Assembly: GCA_964016885.1 (NCBI GenBank)
Contig: OZ024742.1
Coordinates: 47,120,001 to 47,184,000, forward strand
Direction: 5' to 3'
DNA from: Eledone cirrhosa
Taxonomy: Eukaryota
DNA: 64,000 bases
In this document: positions 1-11,930 of the stretch, in pieces
Position numbering within the stretch: position 1 is the first letter of the stretch
How the letters are laid out: every line of letters starts with the position of its first letter
Program-made: the position numbers and the translations under genes
Notes under the pieces: generated by a model
What the model was told of the DNA's origin: nothing
Database searches by the model: none
Seen by the model: the letters and a program-made list of their open reading frames with translations, nothing else

Positions 1-320
1 GAGCTCAGCCGTCGGGGTCCCGACTCTTTTCCTACTTCTTATATATATATATATATATATATATATTGAGAGAGAGAGAGAGAGAGAGGCATAAAGAGAG
101 AGAGAGAGAGGGATAAAGAGAAAGAGAGATGTGGACGATAGTCAAATAGAGGGAAGGACGAATCAGACTCTCAAACATTACAGACACATATGACTTCAGT
201 GATATTTGGATTTAGAGAGAGCCGGAACAAATATTGCAGCATTTTAGCTGCCGTTATAATGCATCCGGTATAATGAATTGCAAGTCATAATGAAGACTCT
301 GGCCATACTATTGTCTAGAA

Positions 321-497
321 CAGGTATGTCAAACTGAGGGTCCCCCGAGGGCCACATGGGTGACATATGTGTTGTCTGAGGGCCACACATGACAACTAAT
401 TGCACACAGCTAATATTTTTAATTTCACATTGCGCTCGCACTGTGAAAACCTTTACGGGCCTCATGCGGCCCGCGGGTCGCATGTTTGACATGCCTG
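321..497. mobile_element. Non-autonomous hAT (Charlie-like) MITE
   Basis: TIRs caggtatgtcaaac / gtttgacatgcctg. The 8-bp TSD gtctagaa (313-320) / ctctagaa (498-505) matches the nTCTAGAn preference of hAT-Charlie elements. Confidence 0.88.
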
Positions 498-563
498 CTC
501 TAGAATATTCTACATACATTATTCTAAACATTTCCGTTCCGTTTTATTTCATGCTGAAATAAT

Positions 564-656
564 TGATTATACTTTTGGCACAAGGCCAGTAAATACACCA
601 TTGTATTACTGGTACTTTATTTTGTCGACCCCTTAAGGATGAAAGGCAAAGTTCAC
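564..656 (-). mobile_element. SINE-A, 5'-truncated copy
   Basis: Reverse complement of the 3' half of the SINE at 62272-62453. 14-bp TSD catgctgaaataat at 550-563 and 657-670. Confidence 0.85.
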
Positions 657-3515
657 CATGCTGAAATAATGCCCGAAAATCTTATAAGGGGAAACATTAT
701 TCACGTCATCATGTAAGCATTATTTTGAAGGGTATCAATTAATTTAATGTTAATCATTTGAAACATGGAGAGACAGATACCTAAGTTCTATATTCTTGTA
801 AAATAATTGTGGCAAATGTATAAATGTATGCCCACCTTTATTAACTGCCCAATAGTTGAAGATGTCTGCTGATATAACTTTAAATTAAAAACGATTAATA
901 CTGTTCCATTCATAAACATATGAACTAGGTAAGGAACTTTACCATATGTCAGTTAGTCCATGAACCAGAACATTTCTATATATATAAAGTAATAAAAATG
1001 TTCCACTAAGTAATTTGAAATGAATTTATAGCTGCTGAAACTCAGATATTTCTTTTAAAATCAGTGCATTAATATAGATTTTTATATAACAAAGTTTCAG
1101 TCTTTTATTAACTCAAAATTACATCGTTTTAGTATTATGCTTAAGCTCATGATTTCGTATAGAACAATATTTAAATTGCATCAAATGAATCTTTCATATT
1201 GGATATGTTGGTTATTAAGAATTAAATCCAGAAAATAGTTTTATGTTTTCTTTTTATTTCTTTGATTCTAGTATGCATTTATTTTCATTTTCATGCGCTT
1301 TGATTTCTTTTTGTTAGTTTCTTCTTGTATTTATTGCATACATTTCGTTTTATAACGCATTCTGTATAATTGTAAATTTTCTTAATATGTACGACAAGCA
1401 AGGACAAAAAGAGAAAGTAAATAAAAATGATTTACGTCAATTACTAAGATACACCAGGAAGAGTAATTTAAAGTAGAGAATTAATGAAAAAGCTTTCCAT
1501 ATTTTGTCATATTTTCTGTTGGTACGTTGCAATTAAAAGGCCCTTTTCCCCCGTAGCTTTTCTTGGTCGAGGCGAAATTCACAGCACATAAACGATAGGA
1601 ATCAGCAAATAAGAATAATGTATTTCCAATAGGGCAACAGCGGGTAATAGAAATTATTTCAGAAGTTTGAGAGTGAAAAAAACCCGAGATATTTATGATG
1701 AATAAGTGTTTGTGTTATTTGGTCTGTTGTGAGTGAGTATCTGATTGTCAGTATATCAAAGCTTCCTACATAAAATAAAATGAAAAATAGATGCTTTTAA
1801 TTACATTGACATATTTTTATGCTCCGTATTAATCAACGATTAGCACATTTTGAAAAAAGCTTTCATACAAGCGGTACTATTCCTAACTGATCTGAATTTA
1901 CTTGTCGTAAGGATGAGGTTTAATTAATAGAGTGATTATATTATACAGTAATTCCTCACTCAAGCAGTGAATGACCTGTTACATATATTCGAAGGTTTCA
2001 GACTGTAGGTTTATATATTTCACGGTTATTTGTTTTTACTTAAAAAAAACAACAAATAGGCACTGTTTGCGTTTGCTGTTGTTGTTGCTATTGTTTTTGT
2101 TGTCGTTGCTCTTGCTGTTGCTGTTTTGGTACTGTTGTAGTTGATGTCACCTTCGTCGTCCTCCTCACTGTTTTGGCTTAAAATTGGCTACCTCCTGGTT
2201 TAATAGATATATGACCACATTAATTTAATCTTAAGTATACAATGCCTTTTTACTTTTAAGATGGTAGGATATGATGTCATGGAAATTACGCCACTGTTTT
2301 GACTCATACACATATTAGTTTTCCGATATTGAGGCTGAATTATTGGCTGAATTATTGTATGAACTAGAACTTTATTAAAATGGAGATTTAATCTTCTTTT
2401 TCAGTAGACTGTGAATACAAAGGTTATATTAAGTATTATAAACATGTACACCTTCAAATAGTTAAATGTAACTAGATGTAGCGAGATATACTTTGTTTAT
2501 TTGAAACGGTGCTTCATGATTTAGGTATTTAGTAACGGATATTTACAGGACCTTCAATTTCAGAAAGCCGGATTTTGTACATTAAACCTATGAGAATGCT
2601 ATGTTTATCATTCAAAAGATATGGTTATATAGTAAAAATAAATTTATTCTTAAGCTTTTGTTGTTCACATATATTTTGATATTCGCAGGTTTAGTAATCT
2701 GGATATTTTCATAATTCACAAAATGTTATTATCTCTTTTAAAATGGTTTATTCTTAAGTAATTTTGTCGTCTGTGTGTTCTTTCTTTGACGTTACTATTT
2801 GATGTGAATGAACAAACATTCGGTTTGGTTACATAAAAGGATCAAGCAAATAAGTCATTAAAGGAATAATAAAAATGACAGTAAAATATAAAACAATTTA
2901 ACGAAATATTTCTTTTTATATTTATGTATTTAGAAATTAATGATGAAAATGGAATGTCTTTCCAATATTTATTTACTCTGTCGGGAAATCGAATCGGTGT
3001 TGGTGTCTGACTGATTACCAGTTTTTATCAATCCAATACAAAATGCTAAATCAATAGATTTTTATTTTCACGCCTCTGACATTTTATGACTACATAAATA
3101 TAGTACTTAGATATAAATGGAAACATATTCTCAATAAAATCGATATCAAATGGCTGTGAGATCCTATATAGCAAAAGAAAAATGTTCACGATAAATTAAA
3201 ATTCTTTGACATCTTCTTTATGACGCTTTTAATACATTTCGCCATCTCTCTATTATTTCACTACTTAAATACTCTAACAGAAACAAATGGCACTCCTTAG
3301 CTGATCATTAACTGGCACCTCGAGTACAATACTGAAGATCAAAACTTATTGAAGGATTGACCGCTTACCGAAAGGTTTGAACCACCTTCCTACCATTTGT
3401 TATTGGATTAGACCTAGGGTTGGAATGATCATTTCAACTCCTTTCTATTGCTATCCTCCGAGGTATTCTGTTCGCTGCAACCACGAGGCAGCATGCCGTT
3501 GGGTATCTGCACGGC

Positions 3516-3760
3516 GGAGAAAGTTCTCCCATAATATCCAGAAGTGCATTGTTGTAGGTGCAATGGTGGTGACGGAGAGTGTTCTCCCACACTCTCTAGG
3601 CATTTATCCTTGTGATTAAGTTGGTGGTAATCTGTGAATTATTGGAGAACGCTCTCCCACATTGTCCAGACAGATATCACTGTAGTAGGTATGGCGGTAG
3701 CATGTGTATTATTGGAGAGTGTTTTTCCACATTTTCCGGACATGTAACATAGTGGTGGTC
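3516..3760. repeat. Diverged minisatellite, 4 units of 58-70 bp
   Basis: Motif ggaga-N4-tctcccaca recurs at 3516, 3574, 3644 and 3714 with related intervening sequence. Confidence 0.65.
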
Positions 3761-5090
3761 TGTACAATACCGTTTAAGAATTTTCGAGTAAACATCCATT
3801 GTGTTTGTGCGTAGGTGTTGAATGTGAATGTTCATTGATGTCTATCTGTGTTGCTGTCTGTACTATCAAGTGCGCCAAATGGTTTATTATCAATAATTCT
3901 GAAGATGTATATTCTCTGAAACATTAAGCTCAATTTGTTTTCTTTTTTCAGTAAAGAAGAAAATAAAACCAATCTTTTCACATCTTTATTAACCAGCCTT
4001 TGTTTACCAGCATTATTAATTTCGTATGTACTGCTATAATGCACTTACTGAAACAGCTAAAGAGAAAGAATAACGAGTGCAGGGTTTGGATATACTCTGA
4101 AAAAGCAGACAGCTCTGATTATTTAACTATGGGTATTTTATTGCTTCAGTGCTAAAGATAAATACACGTCAGTTAGTTTTAGAGATATAATTAGGAAGGA
4201 AATGTCTTTATGTATAACAAAACCTGAACATCAAAATTACTTCTCTAGTAACAGCGACGTAAAAGAAGACGATCAAAGCGTTTTCTTGTTAATCGAAATT
4301 GCATTGTACAATGAGTAAACTGTATGCACACAAATCGATTTTAATAAGATTAACTCTCGCGTCACAAGCTTCATCGAATGAACTGATGAAATTAGAAATT
4401 CTATTGTCAATGAAATTCCTTGGCAGATGTGCAACAATACCAACGGGAGTAAAACATACGGTTAATAGACGGGAACATTTCCTCCCTTAATATTAAAATT
4501 AAACTCTTTCATCTAATTTCATACGCAAACTTAAAAGATTCTAAGAGTTATGAATTCTACTAGCATATTGTTGGAAAGCTCGATACTTCTTAAGAAATTC
4601 CCTTATGCATACTTGTTATTGGAATGCATCATTAGTGTCAAAGTCACTCATGTAAATTATCTGAAATAGGCTGAGCTTAACTGGATAGTTTTATCAATTA
4701 TAACCCTAGTTCGAATGTATCATTTATGATACATATTAGTTATGGAGATTTAACAGAGCGAAATATACATCAAATATGACTCGAGAGATTCAGGTTTCTC
4801 GGAAATATTTTCTGTATCTCTTCATTGGTAGAATTATTATTTATTCATTAACAGTAAAGGTTGAGTTCTACGTTATTGATTGAAAAATTCAACTATAGGG
4901 TGCAGGGAGGATTAGCGTTGATATGGATCAGAATTTAGTGGGTATAGACTGCAAAACGAGATATTAATTTGATCCTCCACAAGGAAAATGGAAGGTTTAA
5001 TATTTTAAGCAGAACCCTTCATTGAAAAGCAGTGTTTATTTCTCTTACCGAATAGATTGCTATCAAATGATACGCGAGAGAGAGAGTGAC

Positions 5091-5166
<76 letters not shown>

Positions 5167-5721
5167 AAAGAGAGAAAGAGAAAGGTAAATGAGTATTTGA
5201 GTGCTATACTACGTTTGCCATTGTAGAACTTGATACAGAATTGCAACTCATCCCGAGCAGCGAAATAATTGTATTCTTCATAAATTCCCAGAAAGAAAAT
5301 AATTATTTTATTATAATATAAAAGTTAGTTTTATCATGATGTGAACATTTGGGAGTCATTTTTAACTATAACTCTTAGTTTGTGTTTTGTAACCTACCAC
5401 TGTGAAAAGTTTACAATAATAGCCAGCTTTAATATATACACAACAGCAAACACCTGAACTCAGGTCAATGTATAACACCTCAAAACAGTTCAATTAGATT
5501 TTACATATTTCATACATTGGAATAAATGTTAGAGGTAGATAAATGTGAAAATAGCTAATTGCATTCTGAGGCCATCTTTCACTATGTACTAGAATATATC
5601 ATTTTCACGCAGAAAGAAATAGAACGGCATTGATAAAAGTGAAAATCTATTATAGAGTACACCATGTGTTCAGAAAATTTAAAGGTAGACCGATTGGTAA
5701 AATAAGGGAATACATTATTGC

Positions 5722-5767
<46 letters not shown>

Positions 5768-6665
5768 TTAAACTTCCTTTGAATTCTGATTTTTTTCAAA
5801 AACCATGCCCAGTGTCTACCTGACACCTGAGGCAAAATGTTATATTACACATATTTTACAATCAATTGCCATACAAATGATGACAGCCACAAACAACACC
5901 AAATGTCTTTGCAATGTTTTAAAATTGATAATGCCCTTCTCGACCATGGACAGTTCTAGTCAGCACTATTTTCTGTATCTGTTGCAGAGATGGCTTTCCA
6001 GTTACTCAGTTCAAATATGTTTCAGTTCCCAATTTTACATTCCAAGTGAACCAATTATCACTGGTATTGTAAAGATGCCACATTTACTCAATTTCAATTG
6101 ATAGATCTGTATACATCCTGATGTTTGCCAACGCTTTCGATGAGATCCTACGTTCTCATAGAATGGTTATATCAATTAAGAGATATGTTTTCTCTTTATG
6201 GCCTTTCACAATTATATCACGTCTATTGGCCTTGATTGTTCTGACAGTGTTCACGGAGAAGTACCATAGGATTGTCATCTTCTCGCTTCCTCATACTGCA
6301 TTTGTACAATTTCTCCGTTTGCAGACCATAAGTATACTTACACAGGGAAATGCACCGATTTTATGGTCTGAAAACGGAGAAATTGTACAACTATAGGTTT
6401 TATATCCCTTGAATACGTTTTATATCCCTTGAAAGCAGGTGGTCAATGGTCAAGTAGTTACACTCCATGACCACAACATTTACTTATTTGCTCCACCTCC
6501 GTCGTGGTTGATAGTCCAATACTGAATAACGATATGCTGGGGCCAGACCAGATACTCCAAATTTTCCAGGAACGGTAACTTCACCATCGGGGGTTCCAGT
6601 TCCGTTAACGCCATTGGTCTCAAAATTCTTTTTATTTAACATAATCACTCATATTATGTAGAAGA
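5722..6665 (-). mobile_element. Decayed R4/Dong-like LINE 3' fragment (lineage 2) ending on (TAA)n
   Basis: (ATT)n at 5722-5767 followed by a 3' UTR that aligns with 51660-51830. The interior aligns with the RLE-coding region at 51853-52083. Confidence 0.75.
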
Positions 6666-6737
6666 AATTTGCTTTAACATGAGGTTGCGTTTATCCGGTT
6701 GCGGTTATTTGGTTGCGCAACTAGCAGTGTTTTTATC

Positions 6738-6920
6738 ATGGCACCATCATTAGGTTCGGACGCCATGCTTTTTAGCATAGACTTACGCCGCTTTACCGTC
6801 CGAGTTCTATTCGCACCGATGTTAAATTTGCCTTTAATCCTTACAGAGTCGATAAAATAAAGTACCAGTAATGTACTGGGTAATTTTGCTGGCCTTGTGC
6901 CAAAAGTAGAAACAATTATT
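6738..6920 (+). mobile_element. SINE-A copy
   Basis: Shares gtcggacgccatgc...gtcgataaaataaagtaccagtaatgtactgg...ggccttgtgccaaaagtagaaacaattatt with 62272-62453. Confidence 0.85.
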
Positions 6921-7009
6921 ATAAAGAAATCATTATCAACTATCGAACTCATTGACAACCTTTTCATGGGAGAAAATATATATATAAAATTAATAGAATA
7001 AACTCATGG

Positions 7010-7965
7010 TATGATAGCAATAAATACCAGAGTGTAATGTTCATCAATACAACCCCTAGAAGTGAACTAGCTTATAAATTTAGAAGGGCCCTAGATAAAC
7101 GTAAACTAAATATTAAGATAGTGGAAAGACCATGTATCTCCATAAAAACACTTATTAGTAATACAAACCCTTTTCAACGACCTCCCTGTATAGATAAGAA
7201 ATGCACAATCTGTAAACTATGCCCCCATATTAACTGCAAAACTAGAAACATAGTATATATCATAAGATGTACTGAGGGACAATGTAAAGATAAGAATATG
7301 TGTACATAGGTGAGACAGCTCGTAGTATAGGAGAACGATTAAATGAACACTGGCGAGTGCGTCAAGATAGAAAAGAATCATCAATATTCCATCAACATGC
7401 TAAAATAGAACATAAGGGCAAATTAGAGAACATAGTAATAAAAATGAAGTCTACACACAGAAAATACGCAATGTTTAGACAAATCACAGAGGCAATAAAC
7501 ATAAATGAATTCCAACCAAAATTAAATAGAAAACATTAATGGAATAGCAACATCACAACTTACAATTAAGGACAAAATGAAAACACACGCACATAGAACC
7601 AACAACCAACTAGTAACATGTAAATAAACAAAAAAATAAACAACTAAAAACACACACAGACACCCGGATGTAACACATGCGCAAACTAAGCACACAACCC
7701 ACACAGAAACAAGATGGCGTAGGACAGAAAAAAGGAGAGGCTCAAAACAAAGAAAAGAATCCCCAGTCACTGAAGAGGTCACAGAATGTGTGACGAAAGA
7801 ACTTTGACAATATATGAACAACCGTCCGGTTGTGGAATCAACCAACCAACCAACCGGAAATTTACAAATTTCTTAAATTTACAAATTTAATTTATAATAA
7901 ATTGGAGTGAAAGCTACTGGTGCGTGTGTTTCTCATTGGCAACGTGACCCTCCCAAAGTATAACA
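7010..7965 (+). mobile_element. Penelope-like element 3' fragment (GIY-YIG endonuclease pseudogene plus pLTR)
   Basis: Frameshifted ORFs 7037-7309 and 7300-7539 give a Cys-rich linker (PCIDKKCTICKLC), NIVYIIRC, YIGETAR, RLNEH, QH and E..IN..QPKLN. A hammerhead follows downstream. The Cys-rich linker suggests the Neptune group (inference). Confidence 0.88.
7766..7808 (+). ncRNA. Type I minimal hammerhead ribozyme in the PLE pLTR
   Basis: GUCA-CUGAAGA-G-GUCACA GAAUG UGUGAC-GAAA-GAACUU-UGAC. Stem I is GUCA/UGAC and stem III is minimal. Confidence 0.8.
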
Positions 7966-7980
7966 ATATAAAAAAAAAAA

Positions 7981-8020
<40 letters not shown>

Positions 8021-8021
<1 letters not shown>

Positions 8022-8115
8022 GGAAAAGAGACAGCTAGATCTGAACTAAGCTTTAGTTTGGATCTAGCTGTAGAAACGACAGGAGCTCAGCCGTCGGAGT
8101 CCTGACTCTTTTCCT
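8021..8115. repeat. Small dispersed repeat with inverted termini and an internal hairpin (partial copies at 1-34 and 32602-32661)
   Basis: Termini aggaaaagag / ctcttttcct. Hairpin acagctagatc...gatctagctgt at 8031-8071. The 3' part gtcgg(g/a)gtcc(t/c)gactcttttccta is shared by three loci next to (TA)n. Confidence 0.65.
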
Positions 8116-8299
8116 ATTACCCATCTGCTACTCTAAGTATTGAGTACTCTACTGCGTTATGGTTCACCTGGTATCTTACCACACCTTCCTTGTTATATAT
8201 ATTGACAGTCGATCGGTTTCGTCAAATCGGACCAACGAAACAATGTTTCTATTGGTCTTTCTAATTGGTAATACTATATATCGGTCACAACTCCAGGTA

Positions 8300-8412
8300 G
8301 AAGGAGCAATGTGAAATAAAGTGTCTTGCTGAAGGACATAACGCATCGCCCGGTCCAGGAGTCGAACTCATAACCTCACGATTGCGAATCCAATTCTCTA
8401 AACACTCAGCCA
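8300..8412 (-). mobile_element. tRNA-derived SINE head (second family; a diverged plus-strand relative lies near 12270-12390)
   Basis: The minus strand has A-box-like ggctgagtgtttag and B-box gagttcgactcc, then tgtccttcagcaagacactttatttcac. Confidence 0.7.
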
Positions 8413-8465
8413 CTTGCTTTATATATGTGTGTATGTGTGGTGTGTGTGTGTGTGTTTGTGTGTGT

Positions 8466-8535
<70 letters not shown>

Positions 8536-8624
8536 TCGTGAATGAATAACAATAATATTATAATAATATAATATTATTAATATGCGGTTTGTTTTCACAG
8601 TTAACGGCCTCATAAAACACCATA

Positions 8625-8862
8625 AGGTAGTTGAATAGCTCCATCCTTTTAATCCAGCGATACAGCGCCGGACAACAAGCTTTGTTGCATATATTTCGTC
8701 CCATTAAGTCCTGACTTTAAATCCCGCCGAGATTAACTTTGCCTTTCATCATTACTGTGTTGATAAAATAATGTACCAGTAACCCACTGGGATCGATTTA
8801 ATGAACTTTCTCCCCTCCCTCAAATTGGCGGCCTTGTGATAAATGTAGAAACAATTATTATT
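8625..8862 (+). mobile_element. SINE-A-related copy (longer variant)
   Basis: aaatcccgccgagattaactttgcctttcatc...gataaaataatgtaccagt...ggccttgtg...gtagaaacaattatt. Confidence 0.75.
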
Positions 8863-9944
8863 GTCAAGTTCAGAGGATTGGCATTATCAGCAGAGCCTCT
8901 GAGAAAATGAACAGAAACATACTTATATCATCGAGACAGACGAAGTGTTCATCGCCATCTTGCTTTATATTTATTTAGTGTCTCACTATATTGATAACGT
9001 TCAGTCTTTTAGTAATAAATCTTTTCATATAACTTGGTAAAAGTAACTTCCAGAGGCATGACATCAATATATCTAGTGGAGAGGAACTTTTGATGATAGG
9101 AAACACGACGTGTGAGGTAATTCAACTCATAACATCTTTTATATTACCATATAGACGTAGCGTTTCGTTCTTCGTAAAACAAAGTCAACACACACACACT
9201 CAGTCAAACATATATTAGGAAGTCGATCAAAAGTTAAATTTCCTTACAGTTGCATCTGCGTTATAAACTTTATTGGCTAACTATATTCCAGGAAATTCAT
9301 GCGGAATGGGGAATCAATATAACCTTTATCTTTCACTTGCAAAAGTTACCTAATTTTCGAGAGAAATTCAAGCTTCATATTAAATTCGTAAAATTATTCG
9401 AGTTTGAAACTTTTGAAGAGAAAACTATTTAAACGTGTTAGTCATACTTATTGAATAAATCGATATTGCTGAAGCCTATCCGATAACAAAACGTGTTCGC
9501 CATTACTAGAGAGAGGAACGTAATGACCTTATTTCATTAAAAATAGAATAATATTCCATTATTAGAAAAGTTAGAAATAATCTTCTACTAAAACAATTCT
9601 TTCGTTACTGACAATTAATAATTTTATGTCAAATATAACAATTAGGACCCCAAATATATATGCAATGTTATCTCATAACGGTTGAATATTAATACCATAT
9701 TTTATTATTGATTTATTATGATGTGCTGAATTCATAATATTTTCTGGTCACATTTTGCTCAGGATTGAACATGCAATCCCCTTCATTCAATTATTATATT
9801 TATCACATACCAAAATGAGTACCACTCTCCTCCCACAACCGTTCTCACTACATAATAGAACATTCCAGATAACTCTTAAAACACTTGCATGTTTAGCAAA
9901 ACTCACAGTCACATGACTGCGAATTCTACCACACTCCAATTAAT

Positions 9945-11930
9945 GGCAATGATATTTAATACGCCTTTTGACTACAGTAAACGACTTCTGACTTAGACAG
10001 TGTTATTGGTTGTCACTCCTCTCAGGATGGGCTTGACAACTAGTTTTACCCATTTAAACTGGCTACGAAAAGTAAACGATCCTTAGGGAAATTCAAGAGT
10101 TCAAGCTTATTCAATCCTTCTACCACTGCTGTCAATAGTTCCTTATTTCAACAACTATTTCTACAATCGTTCAAATGAACCTAAAACCCGATTCTTAGAT
10201 ATTTTCTCGACGGGTGAACAAGTACAAAAATACTTGGATCGTTTCGACTTTTGGGTAGAAGCAAGGGAATATATTTCCTAAGGGGCTATCAAGGCTTATT
10301 TGCTAACTATATTTGGAAAGAAAGCATTTTCACAGGTGAAGACATTGATCTATCCGAAAGATCTCACGTGAGCATCCGTAACAGAAATACAGGAAGCTCG
10401 TCACAACCATCTCAAACTGGCAATGGTTCAAGCAACTGAGTGTGAAATTAAATTAATTAGAGCGAGGTGAATCTCGGTCATTCCATCAACTCAACTTGAA
10501 ATTACAACACAAGGCAATCCGATGTCAAATCGGAGACCAGCTAGGGACGGCGTTCGGAAGTTGTCTCATTGCGAAAGAAATGGTCAACATATTCAGAGCA
10601 AACTAATGCTTTTGGAAAATCTGACATTCCAGGATTTGTGTATGGTCTGCGGGAATGCTTTGGATGTGCGGAAAATTGTCAGCGAGCCAGCTGTCCTTTT
10701 ATGGAAGAATCGATCGCGAGGTCGAATCTCAAAGAAGAAAGTAACAGGTCAAGCCAAATCAAAACAGTCAAACAATGCTTGTTCTTCTTGTGGCGATAAA
10801 CACCTAAGACGAGAATAAATTCCACTGATAAATCTGAATTGCGTCAAAACGTTTTATCCTAAAGCAGAGATGCTTTCAACTGTTGTCAACATTTTTGGTG
10901 TGACTCGGCACAAGGTAGAGCTGCCATGACAGATTAGCATTCCTATTTACAACTTGAATAATAAGTTGCAAACTTGTCACTATCATGTATCAAAATCTGG
11001 TTATTCAATCCTTGGTCTCAACTCAATGAAAGCCTCAAATATTTCTATAATCTTTTCCACTTCATATATATCTGAAATTCAAGAGCTGATAGATCCAAAT
11101 CCAACGGTGGTATGAAAATTCCAAAACTCCACCTTGATATAGCCGGAGAACTTATATTTAGGAAAAGGCGCGTGATCTCATATTTTTTGAGGAACGCGTT
11201 TAATCATGAACTATACAAGATAGTTGATTAAGTCATCCTAAACTCTGTCAATGCATCTCAATATGAAACACCGATTGTGACACCAATGAATCGCTATGCT
11301 GTGACCCTTAGGATATGTGGCAATTAATAAGGTTTTACAGAATTACCGGTTACAGATGAGCCGAAAGAAATCTTGAATAAGATTAATTCATCAACAATAT
11401 TCACCAATATAGACACGAAGAATGTATTCCTATAGCTACACTTGGACGAGGAATCAAGCCAGATGACAACCATAAATACACCTTTGGGGTTATGTCCATA
11501 CACTTTCTTGCCGTTTCGATTATCAGCATCACCAACACTATTTCAAAAGGCAATTAATGATATAACAAAGGCATTCCAGGTGTTGTTTCTTCTTAGGATG
11601 ACATAATCACCTTTTCCAAGGATAAGTGTAAGCACTTTCCAAGGGTAAGTGTAAGTACTCATGCAATTCGTAGAAAGCAATATGCAAAGAAAGGCATCTA
11701 AGTACTAACTAATGAAGTCGGAGGCCAGCGTACCTGGCCTTGCCATTGATGGTCTCGGAATTTGACCGGATGTTTCCAGCATGAACAGTCTTATATGTTA
11801 TGCTATTTAATGCGCCTTTTGTCTGCTGTGAACGACATCTAACTTAGACAGTCTTATTGGTGGTTTCTTCTATCAGGGCGGGTTTAGCTTGACAGCTGGT
11901 TTTAATCATCTCATTTATATAACTATAACA
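9945..11930 (+). mobile_element. Decayed, internally deleted Ty3/Gypsy LTR retrotransposon
   Basis: Direct repeats at ~9945-10057 and 11796-11930 (the latter TGTTAT...ATAACA). PBS-like tggctacga at ~10060. gag-like YLDRFDFWVEA and knuckle remnant CSSCGDKH. RT remnants TPIV..LRICG, FTNIDTKNVFL*LHLDEES..TTINTPLG..LPF.LSASP..FQ and *DDII. No RNase H or integrase seen. Confidence 0.85.

Noticed and set aside
3330-3395. CUGAAGA...GAAAGGU..ACCUU motif
   Set aside because: Stem I cannot form and stem II is poor, so it is likely chance.
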